Assembly (NCBI GenBank): GCA_963771045.1
Contig: CAVYRW010000004.1
Location: 160,001 to 224,000, forward strand
Source: Waddliaceae bacterium
GTDB lineage: Bacteria > Chlamydiota > Chlamydiia > Chlamydiales > SLFE01
Reading direction: 5' to 3'
Length of the DNA: 64,000 bases
Positions within the stretch are counted from its first letter, which is position 1, and each line of letters starts with the position of its first letter. Made by a program: the position numbers and the translations under genes. Of the stretch, positions 47,611 through 58,978 are shown piece by piece. The notes beneath the pieces were generated by a model. It made no database searches. It saw only the letters and a list, made by a program, of their open reading frames with translations, and was not told the origin of the DNA.

Positions 47611-47898
47611 ATGGCTGACGACAAAGAAAAGAAGAAAAACAAAAGACCTACTGCTGAAAAACGAATGATTCAAAATGAAAAGCGGCGGAAACAAAATAAA
47701 ATTTTGAAATCAAGGATCAGAACTTCGGTCCGCCGATTCGAAGAATCGTTAAAGACCGGTGAGCAGGACAAAGTTCAGCAGTACTTAAACCTTGTTTACA
47801 GTATTGTGGACAAAGCGGTTAAGCAGGGAATTTTTAAGCTTAATAAGGCCAGCCGCATCAAGTCCCGGCTGACTGCCAAAGCTGCCCAAAAAGCATAA
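47611..47898 (+). CDS. rpsT: 30S ribosomal protein S20
   Basis: PTAEKR..QNEKRR..N, DKAVKQGIFKLNKASRIKSRL. Confidence 0.95.
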   Translation: MADDKEKKKNKRPTAEKRMIQNEKRRKQNKILKSRIRTSVRRFEESLKTGEQDKVQQYLNLVYSIVDKAVKQGIFKLNKASRIKSRLTAKAAQKA

Positions 47899-47925
47899 TT
47901 CAATTTCAAAGGATAAAGGATATAA

Positions 47926-49546
47926 ATGCAGTCCGCTAAAAAAATAGTTTACGCCGGTTCTTTTCTGGCGCTGTTATTTGTTTCTTTTTACCTTTGTTCT
48001 GCAGAAAGGGAGCCCGATCTGACGATCGCAATCCCCATGAGGGACGGTGTGAAACTTCCCACCGATATTTACCTGTCTAAAGAAAATCCTAAAAACTGTC
48101 CGCTGGTTCTCGTAAGGACTCCTTCGGGGCGGCAGGAGTTTTCAGAATCCTTTATTTACCTGGTAGATTCGGGTTATGTTGTGGCGATTCAAGATGCCCG
48201 GAATTCATTGGATAAGACAGGCAAGGCGCTTCCGTGGATAACGGATGGCTGGGGGGAGCTGAGGGACGGGTATGATACTGTTGAGTGGCTCTCCAAAAGT
48301 CCTTATTCTAATGGAAAAGTAGGAACTATGGGCTTTTCCGCGATGGGCATGACTCAATTATTGATGGCCCCGACCGCTCCCGAAGGCCTCCATGCTCAAT
48401 ACATAGGTTTTGCCGCTTCCCATATGTACCATCACGCCATGTATATGGGCGGTGCAATGAGGAAAAACCAGGTCGAAGGATGGCTTGGCTGCTATGCAAG
48501 CGATCCCTCCGTCCTCAAATTTGTCACTTGTCTCGGTGAAGACAGCCTGTTCTGGCAATGCGGCGACTGCCTGTCCCAGGCCCACCTTGTGAATACCCCT
48601 GCTCTTCATTACGGAGGCTGGTTCGACACATTCTCCCAGGGAACCATCGATGCTTTTACGGCTGTGCAGGAAAGTGGAAAAAGCAAGGCAAAGGGAAAAC
48701 AAATACTTGTCATGGGACCCTGGACGCATCACTGGCCGCGAAGCTTAAAGTTCGGGGACTTCGAGATTCCAAAAAATGGTGTGAAGCCCCCTTTTGATAC
48801 GTCGGCAAAAAAGTGGTTTGATTTCCAGCTGAAGGGACAGGAAAATGAAATCTCCCGAGCTTCCCCCTGTCATCTATTACACTCTAGGACCCCTTGACGG
48901 TACAGAAGGAGTCGGAAATGAATGGAAAACGGCCGATTCATGGCCGATACCAAGTAAGCCTCGCCATTTCTATCTAAGTTCGGATCATATGTTGGCTCCT
49001 TCGGAACAGAAAGAATCGCATAGCGTGTCCTTTCGTTACGATCCCCGAAATCCTGTTCCCACAGTAGGTGGGAGGAACCTATTCATCGACTCGGGGCCGA
49101 AAGATCAACGAGAAATAGAAAAGAGAGGCGATGTCATTATTTTTACGACCGAACCCTTGAAAGAGAATCTGGAAGTTACAGGAAGAATACATGCTTCTAT
49201 CTATTTTGAAACCGACAAAAAAGATACCGATGTTGTCGTTCGTCTTATGGATGTCTATCCCGACGGAAAAAGCGTCTTGATAGTTGACGGGATTCGGAGA
49301 CTGTCGACTGTTCAGGGCTTTAAGCCGGGGGTGCCTGTTAAAGCCGGTGTCGATTTGTGGTCGACGAGTCAGGTTTTTGCCAAAGGTCATCGCATTAGAG
49401 TCTCTATCAGCAGTTCCAATTATCCGCAATTTGATAAGAATTACAACAATGGTGTTGGTCCTCAGGCTGATCCTGAAATCGCCGCGAATACGATTCATTT
49501 TGGCGAGAAGACCCCATCGAAAGTCACTTTGCCCGTTATCGATTGA
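47926..49546 (+). CDS. CocE/NonD-family serine hydrolase, frameshift near 48855
   Basis: PMRDGVKL, RTP, DGYDTVEW, GFSAMG, GGWFD, GPWTH, C-terminal YDPRNPVPT...GHRIRVSISSSN. Confidence 0.88.
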
Positions 49547-49551
49547 AAGCT

Positions 49552-50319
49552 ATGGTTAAAGAAATCAATATCGCATCGAAGGATACCTCAGCAAGTTTCA
49601 CTTGTAGCCATGGTTTGAATTTAATTTCTTTGAAGCAAGGAGACACCGAGGTTATTCATTCGGCCCCGGAAGGGTTCATCGGCCCACACTTTGGCTTTCG
49701 GCTTCCTTCTTTGCTTGGCGGCGGCGAAGATCCCTATCCCTTCGGAGCCGCCCGATATCTTCCCTGGGAGGCTGAAAAGAAGTCTGAAAGTGCTCTCCAC
49801 GCAAAGATATCCGGGAATCACGAGAGCCCTGAAGGACAGAAATTTCAAATTGACGTTGATGCAAACATTGCCGATGAGACTCTAAGACTGCATCAGTCGG
49901 TTGTCAGTGAGGCTGACTCCCTCATTGGCTGCCAGGCCCGCCTACATCTTCCTGAAGGGGAAAATACTTTAAGTATTGATTCCAGAGATAAGTATTATTT
50001 GAACGGAACACTGACTGAAGTCCCCGTATCCTGGGAGCGATCCTCTGACGGCTTTGTCACGGTTTCTCTAAATACCCCTTTCGAGGCAGGATTTCGTCCC
50101 GTTATCGATCTCTTAAGAGGGCGGGTTCAATTGAAAACAAGCAGCTATTCGGTTGTATTAGAGTATACTAGCATCTCTGAAGAGAGCAGCTGGTATATCA
50201 TCTATCCCGATGAAGGCTCCCATATTTCCATAGCCGCTGTCAGTTCTCAAAATCCCTGGCGCCCGAATTTGACGGTAAGTTCGATTGATATGTCTTTGAA
50301 AATCTTTAGGAATTGCTAG
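49552..50319 (+). CDS. hypothetical protein (possible galactose-mutarotase-like beta-sandwich)
   Basis: Beta-rich ORF with GLNLISL and IGPHFG...FGAARYLPW. Confidence 0.6.
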   Translation: MVKEINIASKDTSASFTCSHGLNLISLKQGDTEVIHSAPEGFIGPHFGFRLPSLLGGGEDPYPFGAARYLPWEAEKKSESALHAKISGNHESPEGQKFQIDVDANIADETLRLHQSVVSEADSLIGCQARLHLPEGENTLSIDSRDKYYLNGTLTEVPVSWERSSDGFVTVSLNTPFEAGFRPVIDLLRGRVQLKTSSYSVVLEYTSISEESSWYIIYPDEGSHISIAAVSSQNPWRPNLTVSSIDMSLKIFRNC

Positions 50320-50366
50320 CAAATTTCCTAATTTGCTATCTTATCGTTTTAAGGCCATGGCTCATC

Positions 50367-51524
50367 ATGAAAGAAACGCAGGAGAAATTGAGGCAATCGC
50401 TTATTGTCATTATATTGGCATGTTATCTCGCTCCTGTCATACTGTTTACATTATTGACAGCTGGCTCAATGGATTTAAACAGCCGGTGGCTAATTTTCTC
50501 AAGCAGTTTGCTATTAGCTATTTGTGGAACCATTTTCTTAACTCTTGCCCTGATAAAATGGGAAGGAATTTCTTTAAAGCTGCCGCAAACGGCACCATTG
50601 GCAATCAAGGCGGCTCAACCACCTGCTGCGATTTTTGTGGAAAATTCCGAGCAGAATTCGTTTTCGCTCGAAGAGTTCCAGCTAAGAGAAAAAAATCTTG
50701 TTCGTGAAATTCATGAAATCAAACAGAAGTGGTACATTAAAAAGCAGGCCTACGACGAGCTTGAAAAGCAATTGGGAAAAGTTAAGAATGAAAATACTGC
50801 TTTTTTGCAGCACTCTCAAGAACAGCTAAAGAAAAAAGACAGGCTGCTTGCAGAATATGCTCAGACAGTCAATGACTTAAGATCTACAATGGAAAATAAA
50901 CAGGAGCAAATTGAAAAGCTTCAGGACTCCATCAACGATTTGAGCTATGACCTGGATACGTTGCTCAAGTTATCCGATTTTGAATCTGTCGAGGAAGCCC
51001 AGCAGGAAAATATTTCGGAAAAAGGCACCGGTACTGTCATTCAGAAAAGCCCGCCCAAGACTGTGGATGCCCTTAGTGCGTCCAATCAATTGAAAAAATG
51101 CATCAATATGGCTCAAAAATTTACTTCGAGCCAATTCACTACTGCTTCGAGATTCCGCGACGTCATGATCGATAATACCGCTTTGGATCAAAGACGCCTG
51201 TTTGATTCTTTTAGAAGCGAGACAGCCTGCATAGTAGTGATGTATTCTTTAAAAGAGCGCACTATGCTTTTTGCCAATGATTTGACAAAGACTTGCCTTG
51301 GCATTGATCCGGAAAATTTTGTACACGACTATATGAACCGCATAGTTCAAGGGGCTGAGGAGTGGAAAAATGCCCTGGCATCCTTTTCGCAGCAGTCTGA
51401 GGCTCAACTTCATTTAGTGATGCGTTCAGAGTCCGGTACGGATGTCCTTCTTGAATGCCGCTTGGGCGTTGTCCCTACCGGAGTCTTTAAAAACCATGCC
51501 GTCGGCATCCTGTACGAAATCTAA
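50367..51524 (+). CDS. UPF0242-like (CT616-type) membrane protein: 2 TM + coiled coil + C-terminal domain
   Basis: Bilobed hydrophobic N-terminus, long coiled coil, LDQRRLFDS..SE; near rpsT as in Chlamydia. Confidence 0.7.
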   Translation: MKETQEKLRQSLIVIILACYLAPVILFTLLTAGSMDLNSRWLIFSSSLLLAICGTIFLTLALIKWEGISLKLPQTAPLAIKAAQPPAAIFVENSEQNSFSLEEFQLREKNLVREIHEIKQKWYIKKQAYDELEKQLGKVKNENTAFLQHSQEQLKKKDRLLAEYAQTVNDLRSTMENKQEQIEKLQDSINDLSYDLDTLLKLSDFESVEEAQQENISEKGTGTVIQKSPPKTVDALSASNQLKKCINMAQKFTSSQFTTASRFRDVMIDNTALDQRRLFDSFRSETACIVVMYSLKERTMLFANDLTKTCLGIDPENFVHDYMNRIVQGAEEWKNALASFSQQSEAQLHLVMRSESGTDVLLECRLGVVPTGVFKNHAVGILYEI

Positions 51525-51943
51525 TTGATTTTTTTGCCCTCAATGTCGCGACTGTCAATTTGACGTATTTTCCATTGTCCATCTTCTTTTTTGACAACGA
51601 GGAAGTGAATACTCTTGCCTTGCCACTTTATGTGATTGTCTAAAGTTACATGAATTGTAGTTTTTAGGGTAATTTTACTGTTATTCTTTTGATTAGTACA
51701 ATATGAAACTTTTGTTAGCTTATAATTTGAAAAATTTTTCTTGTATGTAAAATATTCTTTTTTCAAATTGTCGACAACATTTTCCCTGCCGGAAATTTCT
51801 ATAAAAGAAGAGTTTCCTTGAGGTATTAGAAGTCGATGATATTGTATAGTGACATTTTTGCTGAGCAATTTTCCAATCTGTTCAGGTTTATTTTGTATGC
51901 AGGCAGCTACAAATTCTTCTGCGATATTTTTAACCGGTTCCAT
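51521..51943 (-). CDS. NTF2/SnoaL-like protein
   Basis: N-terminal helices, ISGRENV, C-terminal VVKKEDGQWKIRQI; AT-rich. Confidence 0.6.
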   Translation of the reverse strand: MEPVKNIAEEFVAACIQNKPEQIGKLLSKNVTIQYHRLLIPQGNSSFIEISGRENVVDNLKKEYFTYKKNFSNYKLTKVSYCTNQKNNSKITLKTTIHVTLDNHIKWQGKSIHFLVVKKEDGQWKIRQIDSRDIEGKKIN

Positions 51944-51953
51944 ATTTTATTCC

Positions 51954-52499
51954 TTATTTAATAGGATCGTGTTTAAGTTTGTTGTACTTGCCATTGAGGG
52001 TAGGATAGATCCATGGGTCGTTATTTTCGCGCATAAGACGGTCGCAACCCAAAAGAAAGCCGTAAAAAAAACCGTATTTTTGGATAGCATCGAGTGTGTA
52101 TTGAGAGCTGCTTGGGACATAGTGGCTTCGGGGGCCGTCTGTTTTGGAAATATTGTTTTGATGGAATTTTATCATAACTTTGGCAAACTTGACTAAAGGG
52201 TTTTGTTTATTTGACACAATGTAGGGCTTTGGTTTTATAAGCCCGCATTTCTCACAGGATCTCGGACAATCTGTCACTCCATCTTCGCCCTCAAATGTCT
52301 CTGTCTTGTCGATCAGGCAATGTCTTAAGACATTTGAGAACGAATCTGAAGCAACATCTTTTTTTAGCTGACTCGAGATCCTGTGAGAAATGCGGGCAAG
52401 TTCGGCATCTTTGCCCCAGGGATCCGCGGCAAGAGGGGGTATCATGATGATGAATATAAAAAGAATTTTTTTTAGAGCGCTTTGTAATTCTCTTTTCAT
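51954..52499 (-). CDS. YidD-like membrane protein insertion efficiency factor with N-terminal extension
   Basis: IKFHQNNIS..DGPRSHYVPSSSQY..AIQKYG...GCDRLMR. Confidence 0.78.
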   Translation of the reverse strand: MKRELQSALKKILFIFIIMIPPLAADPWGKDAELARISHRISSQLKKDVASDSFSNVLRHCLIDKTETFEGEDGVTDCPRSCEKCGLIKPKPYIVSNKQNPLVKFAKVMIKFHQNNISKTDGPRSHYVPSSSQYTLDAIQKYGFFYGFLLGCDRLMRENNDPWIYPTLNGKYNKLKHDPIK

Positions 52500-53450
52500 C
52501 TAAAAAGACCTGTTAATCATTAATACCGGAAACAGATAATGGTCGAGCATAAAATCTTTTGCGTAGCAGTTATAAAGCTGTTCGTTATAATATTTGGCGC
52601 TTAAGCCGGCGCCGTTAATGCCGCCAAAATACCAACCGAATTCAAGGCTTGCTGTAATGGCCCCCACTGCCGGGTAGCCGTTATGAAATAATTCATACGT
52701 TGCGGCGATAAAAGCCGCGTTTAGAATGAAAGCGGTAATAGCTGTCCGCGTTTGTCCGGTGTAATAGTATCCCGCTCCCGGAAGGAGGGCGTTTAAGAGT
52801 TGGGCTTTGCGTATTGAGAGTTTGTTTTGATAAAAACCTTGCATTCTCTGCTTGAGAGCTTCCCCGCGGAAATGTTGAGAAGAAAAATTTTCAAACTGGC
52901 AAAAATCGGCAGAAATCAACGCTGTCGAGAGCTCAAGGTCCGAGCTAAGGTTCGCATCATATTCTTGAATGAGTTTCAGAATGGTTTGCTGGCGCCACAG
53001 GTTGCAGGTTTTCCCGTAAGAATCATAAAGAATAATGAGGAGATCCCTGAAAGGGGGAAAGTCCCTGGAAACAGTAGCTAGCGTTCCTTTTTCAAAAGTG
53101 TCGATGACTTCGAGATATTTACTGCCGAAATAATAACATAAGAGGATGTCAAATTCGATTTGATGCCTCCTCTCAAGACGGCCCTGGGGAATTAATATAA
53201 GTGCTCTTTTGTATCCGGTGATGGCCCTGTAGAGATCCAGGTCGGGAGCAAAATGATCCGCTATCAGCAGCTCGCGCCCCCAATCGGTCTCTTTATCCTC
53301 TGAAGAAAGAGGCTCGAAAGCTGAAGGGAGGCTTTTGATATAGTGATCGGGAGGGATGTACTCGACTTTTGGCTCGATTTGGTATGTTCCGGGATTGCAT
53401 CCGACAAAGATTAAAAAAATCAAAGCTATCCCGAAATATCTCCTGATCAT
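52500..53450 (-). CDS. TPR-like lipoprotein (chlamydial conserved hypothetical)
   Basis: Lipobox FVGC, DLYRAITGYKRA, LPGAGYYYTGQ. Confidence 0.75.
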   Translation of the reverse strand: MIRRYFGIALIFLIFVGCNPGTYQIEPKVEYIPPDHYIKSLPSAFEPLSSEDKETDWGRELLIADHFAPDLDLYRAITGYKRALILIPQGRLERRHQIEFDILLCYYFGSKYLEVIDTFEKGTLATVSRDFPPFRDLLIILYDSYGKTCNLWRQQTILKLIQEYDANLSSDLELSTALISADFCQFENFSSQHFRGEALKQRMQGFYQNKLSIRKAQLLNALLPGAGYYYTGQTRTAITAFILNAAFIAATYELFHNGYPAVGAITASLEFGWYFGGINGAGLSAKYYNEQLYNCYAKDFMLDHYLFPVLMINRSF

Positions 53451-53451
53451 C

Positions 53452-56400
53452 TTATTCTCTAAGAGGTCTCTCTTCAGGACTGCAGTAGGGATCTCTGATA
53501 TTAAAATACTGAAGAGCTTCATCGACTTCGTATTCCCAGCGTTTATGATTACGTTTCCTTTCAATCCAGATATCTTGCTGACGTTTAGTAATCGGATTAA
53601 TTCGTTCGACATCGATAATCTGCGGACGGATGAAGATCATCAGGTTGTTCTTGATAATATTGTTTTGTTTGGAACGGAAGAGAGCTGCCGATCCATGGAA
53701 TTCCGCCGAGGCATGGGACTTGGGTGTTGATTTCTTCTTTTTCATCACGAATCTGGCCGCTGAGGATGAGGAAGTATCCGTCCGGCATATGTACCCGGGT
53801 CTTTGTCGTACTTTTCCTTGTTGTCGGTCCTATGTTGGTTGTCGCCGCGGTTGTGCTGATGGAATTTTGTACGCCTCCGCCTGTAGTTGTTGAGGTTCCG
53901 GTCGTGGGATTGATCGCTCCTGTGCCGACGTTTTGGTTGTTGTTCCTCCTCCGATGGTATTGTTTGCCGCAGCGCTGCTGATCTCTTGCTCGATTTCCAA
54001 AGTGACGATGCCGTTGTTTCCAATTATCGGGGTGATTTTGATTGTCGAACCAACGTCTCGGAATTCGAAATTTCCGGTAATGACAGTTCCTAAATCATTG
54101 GCGATCGACTGAGTCTGGAAAGGGGTGTTGATGCCGACAAAGAATTCAGCGACTGCGTTGTCTTCGACAACAATTTTAGGATTGAGCAGGACATCGATGC
54201 GTCTGTCGGTATGAAGAGCTCTGACCAAAGCGCCCATTGTATTAAAGTCGCATCCACCCCGGGATATAGTGCGCCCGATCACTCCAAGATTAAAGCCGGC
54301 CTGCTCTGGCAAGGCCTGAAGGGTCAAGGTTAACCCCGGGGACGCCTGTATCTAGTGCGGCGCTAAGTGGGGAGTTGTCCTGCAGAAATGCTTGTGCTCC
54401 TGCTGAATTCGGTTCGCCGAAACGTGTTCCCCAGTCGACACCGAAAGTTAGCGAATCGTCTGACAGTCGCTTCAATAACCAGAATTTCAATCAAAACTTG
54501 AGGAAGGGCCGTATCCAGCTCGTCGATAAGCTGCTGGACTTTTTCAAGAGTAGCGGGGGTTCCGGTAAATACTAGGGAATTTGTCGATTCGATCCACTGA
54601 ACGCTGTTGATTGTGGCGATGAAGTCATAATTTTCAATTTCGATCTGGATGTCCTCGAGGCTTTGGGCAATGGCTTGAAGAGCTTGCTGGATTTGCGCCC
54701 CTTTTCGGTATTGAAGTTTATGGACGTAAAATTTGGTCGCCTCAACAGAGCCAAACGGCTGTTCCTGGAGGGCTCTGGCTCTGGCTTCAAGATCATGCGG
54801 ACTAATAATGGGTCTTCCTTGCTGATCGATATCAAATTGGGTGCGGGGAAGTTCATTGCCTTGGTCGATTTTCTGGAAAATTTTCAAGGCCTCGACCAGT
54901 AAATTGGGCGTTGTCACAATGTAAACGAGGTTCTTACTTGAAAGAGGTACAAGGACCAGTGTTTTATCACGGGCGAGCGGTGCCAGCATTTCTTTGGCGA
55001 TACTAATCGCTTGAGTAATCGGGAGGCTTTGCGCCTGATATTGTCCTATATCTAGACCGGCTTCGGGCGAATCGATACTTTCGATCAATTCGGTGATCCT
55101 GTTGATATTGGATTTGATTCCGGTGATGATCAAATGGCCGCTGTCTGTTATCGATTCTATGACGGCCGATTCCGAAAGCATGGGACGGATAATGGCAGCC
55201 ATAGTTGATGGATCGGTGTTTAATAGCCGGTAAACTCTTGTAACGATTTCAAGATTTTTCGGAATCTCTCCATTTTCTTTGATGACATGGGCGGGGCTTT
55301 TGATTTTGGCATTTTTATGAATGATGATGTTGTTGCCGACTTCAACCATATCGAGTCCGCGGAAACGGAGTTCCTGAAGCAGTGCCGACATGACATTTTC
55401 AAGCGATGTCGGTTCATTTGATACTATGGTTACCCTGAAGTCGAGGTCAGCGGGATCAAAAATAAAGTTCTTACCGGAGATTTTACTGATGAAACCGAGA
55501 TATTCCGACATCCTGGCATTGTTGAATTTAACCAGATATCCGGTTGACTCTTTCAGGAGTTCTTCTTGAACAGGTTGATGAGGGGAAGGTTTTTTTGTTT
55601 CTGCACCCTTCTCCAAAGGCTGGGTCTCCTTTGCGGGGGCCTGCCGTTCCGAGGCGTTTTCTGCCGGCTGGGTCTCCTTTGCGGGGGCCTGCCGTTCCGA
55701 GGCGTTTTCTGCCGGCTGGGTCTCCTTTGCGGGGGCCTGCCGTTCCGAGGCGTTTTCTGCCGGCTGGGTTTCCTTTGCGGGGGCCTGCCATTCCGAGGCG
55801 TTTTCTGCCGGCTGGGTCTCCTTTGCGGGGGCCTGCCATTCCGAGGCGTTTTCTGCCGGCTGAGTTCCCTGTGAAGAGGATGAGGGCGCCGTCCCGCTAT
55901 CTTTTGACGGGGCCGCATCTGTCTGCGCTACAAGATTTTTACTCGCTTGATTGTTTTGATAACCAAAAACAGCCTCATTGACAACCTGAGCTTCTTCGTC
56001 AAAAGGGTCGACGCCGTCGTCTAGTGCATAAAATGAATGTTCAGGCCGGGAGGTTGATTTCCAGGCTAAAAAAATATTTTTTCTCGATTCTGGTTTTAAA
56101 TCTTTGGCAGCAAATGGAACTTCGGGATCGGCTTCAAGGTCGTCGGATGCAATGCCGAATTCAATAATATCTTGCATTTTGACCTTAGCTTTGGTGGAAG
56201 CAACTGAGCCTTCTCCTGATTCAATCGACTGCTTAGGTTTTGTTACTTTCATTCCGGTAGGCTTGCGGGGGGATGGCTGTGATTTTTTGGCAAGGCTGCC
56301 AATCACAACTTTTGCAGCCGGAGGTTGGGGATTGTTTGCCTCGGCATCTACTTTTCGTGTCCAAATAGGGTTTTTCCGAATGCGGCGGTAAATAGCTTCA

Positions 56401-57194
56401 TTAAGAGACAGAAGCTTTATATCTCGCGATTCGGACTTTACCCAAACAGTAATTTCATCTTCGGTACCTTCTTCCTCATCAATAAGGACGATCTCGTTGT
56501 CGGTTGGTTCATCTTTGCCGGCGAATACCTCATCCCAAAGCTCATCGGAAAGCCCGTCTTCATCATCTTCGCCGGTGAATGCTCTTTGCCAGATTTCATC
56601 GGAAAGCTCGTCTTTGCCGGTGAATCCTTCATCCCAAAGCTCATCGGAAAGCCCGTCTTCATCATCTTCGCCGGTGAATACTTCTTTCCAGAATTCATCA
56701 GAAAGCTCATCTTTATCGGTGAATACTTCTTTCCAGAACTCATCAGAAAGTTCATTTTCATCGTCTTTGCCGGTGAACCCTTCATCCCAAAGCTCATCCG
56801 TGGAGGCAAAGTCTTCTTTTCCAGACTCGGATATGGCCTCCTCTAGAAGCTCTAAAAGAAAGGGATCGCTTTCCAAATCATAGTCATCAAAGTCAGCCAA
56901 TTCATCGGGAAGTTCCTCATTGTCAAAGTCTTGATCTTCAACGTCAGATTCGTGAATTTCGATGTCTTTCTGTTCCTGTTCTTCTTGCTGGCTCTGATCA
57001 AAAAGTTCATACTCATCTAAATCGGCAGGGGAGGAATTCGGGCTGGAAGAATCGACTGGTTCTGAATAACTTCGAGGTTTAAGAGGGGTAGATTTGAGAT
57101 CTATGACAGGTGTTGCTGAGATCGATGAGATTCCGATGGCAGTTATTAAAGCTAGCAGTTTTATTCCGTTAAGAGAGGCCTTATGCTTTGTCAT
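53452..57194 (-). CDS. sctC: type III secretion secretin CdsC/SctC, several frameshifts in the C-terminal third
   Basis: FISKISGKNFIFD, QVLIEILV, LNPKIVVEDN..AEFFVG, FRDVGS..KITP, VPCLGGIPWIG, NLMIFIRPQII across frames; downstream of pkn5. Confidence 0.88.
55618..55861 (-). repeat. 48-bp coding tandem repeat, about 5 copies (TQPAENASE[W/R]QAPAKE)
   Basis: Near-identical unit CTGCCGGCTGGGTCTCCTTTGCGGGGGCCTGCCGTTCCGAGGCGTTTT. Confidence 0.95.
56510..56800 (-). repeat. acidic Trp-containing coding repeats (LSDE[LFI]WxExFTG), about 6 copies
   Basis: DELWDEGFTGK / DEFWKEVFT / GLSDELWDE repeated in the sctC N-terminus. Confidence 0.85.
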
Positions 57195-57396
57195 GAGTCT
57201 CGCTTAATAGTTAAAATATTATGACCATTATCGCATATTGTCCTTTTACGTGTCATCACATTTGCTGTATGACATTAGTGACAAAGTTATTTTATCGCAT
57301 AACAGGGAGTTTATTTTCTATAAAAAAATCTGAGATTAGCATTTCCCTTGATCATGAGGCCATGCATATTTAGGACCGTCTAGCAACAGATAGGAA

Positions 57397-58978
57397 TTAC
57401 TTATTTGGCTGCATGTCTAATACTATGACAATTAAAGATTTATCTTCTATTTTTAGATAATTTTTTAATTTTCGGGAGAGTGTATCGGATTGTTGTTGAG
57501 GCGATTGTTCTTTTGTCGCTTTAACTGACTCTTTCCAGTCAAAGTCCGCCAGGGTTTCTACTTCGACAGGGCTTAGATTAGTCAATATGAAGCGGTCGCC
57601 AGGGTGCCATGGTTGCTTGCAAAGATTCATTGTTTCCATTTGAACTTCCCCAAGCAAAGGATTCGAGCTGTCGATAGAAACGAATTCATTTCCTCCAGTA
57701 ACTTGCCTTCCAAAGGCTCCCGTAGTTAAAATCGATGTATGTGAACATTTTCTCACTGGGGTCTATGAATAAATAGGACAACCCCGCCAAGGGCTTTGAG
57801 GGGTCGTTAACGAGAAAATCATTTAAGAGGGGCAGTACTTTTTCGATTTGCAGAAGTTTGGTGTAGAGGGCCCTGATCTGGCCTTTGATGGAAGCATTTG
57901 TCATCAAACCCTTAATGCCTCTTTGCACCGATTCGGCGACAATCAGAGCGATTTTTGAATTTTCCAGAGGGAAAAAATCGACATACAAGCCCCCTGAATT
58001 CATCCCGTGATGAATGGATAGGCCGATTTGGCCATCTTTTATCTTGGGAATTTTTGTTTCAGCCAGCAAATTGCGGGACTGTTGTAGCTCATCGGAAATT
58101 TGGCTGAGAAGATCGGTTTCTTTTTTATCTTCTTCAAGTTGTTCGGAATTAAGGTATTCTGAGAGATCGGTAATCAGAGCGACGATGTCCTGATAGCGGT
58201 ATGAGGGGTTCGGCTGCAGGCATTTTGCCAAAATGGGCTGCAATCCTTTCGGCATAAGGGCAAGGTGGATTTTACCATGGCTAAGCTTCCCAAGAATGAG
58301 TTCATACGCAATGATGCCAAGGGAATAGATATCTGAGGGGTATGATACGGATTCCGGATTGTCTTTTTGCTCGGGACTCATATAGACGGGGGTTCCGATA
58401 ATTCTTTTCTGCAAAGGGCGGCCTCTTTTTTGGTCCTGGATAAGTTGAGCGATGCCGAAATCGATGACTTTGATGGCGCCTCCTTTTGTCACAAGAATGT
58501 TTTCGAGTTTTAGGTCGCGGTGGATAACCCCGTGCGAGTGGAGATGGCAAAGCGCGTAAGAAATTTGAAGAATGATCTCTAATGCTTTTTTTAAAGAAAG
58601 GGGGGTCTGCTGCAAATATTGCCTTAAGGAAATTCCCTCGATAAATTCCATGGCGATATAGAGCCCCCCTTCCCATTCTCCCTGGCTGTAAAGTTTGACA
58701 ATATTAGGATGGTCGGCCATGCCGATAATCTTTGCTTCTTTCAAAAATCGTTGATTGATTTCGGAGTTAGAAAGAAATTTTGGCGACAGAACCTTTATGG
58801 TAATAGGTTCTTTTGTTTTGGGGTGCATGCCTAAATAAACATGGCTCATCCCCCCTTTTTCCAGAAGGCTTTCGATTTTGTAGCCGCTAATGCTTTTAGG
58901 AAGAGCAGCGGAATGAGGTTGCTTGTCATTGTCTGCAGAAGGCTGAGTTTTACGTTTATAGAAATTGTTTTCACTCAT
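57397..58978 (-). CDS. Ser/Thr protein kinase (Pkn5-like) with C-terminal PP2C/SpoIIE-like domain, frameshift near 57720
   Basis: GGMSHVY, HRDLKLEN, DFG, GTPVYMSPEQ; C-terminus SGGLYVDF..IALIVAES, HPGDRFIL. Confidence 0.85.

Noticed and set aside
55618..55861. 48-bp repeats as a CRISPR array
   Set aside because: Units are head-to-tail with no unique spacers, are in frame within sctC, and no cas genes are present.
55528..56883. Alternative-frame and antisense ORFs over the sctC repeats
   Set aside because: They are by-products of stop-free tandem repeats.
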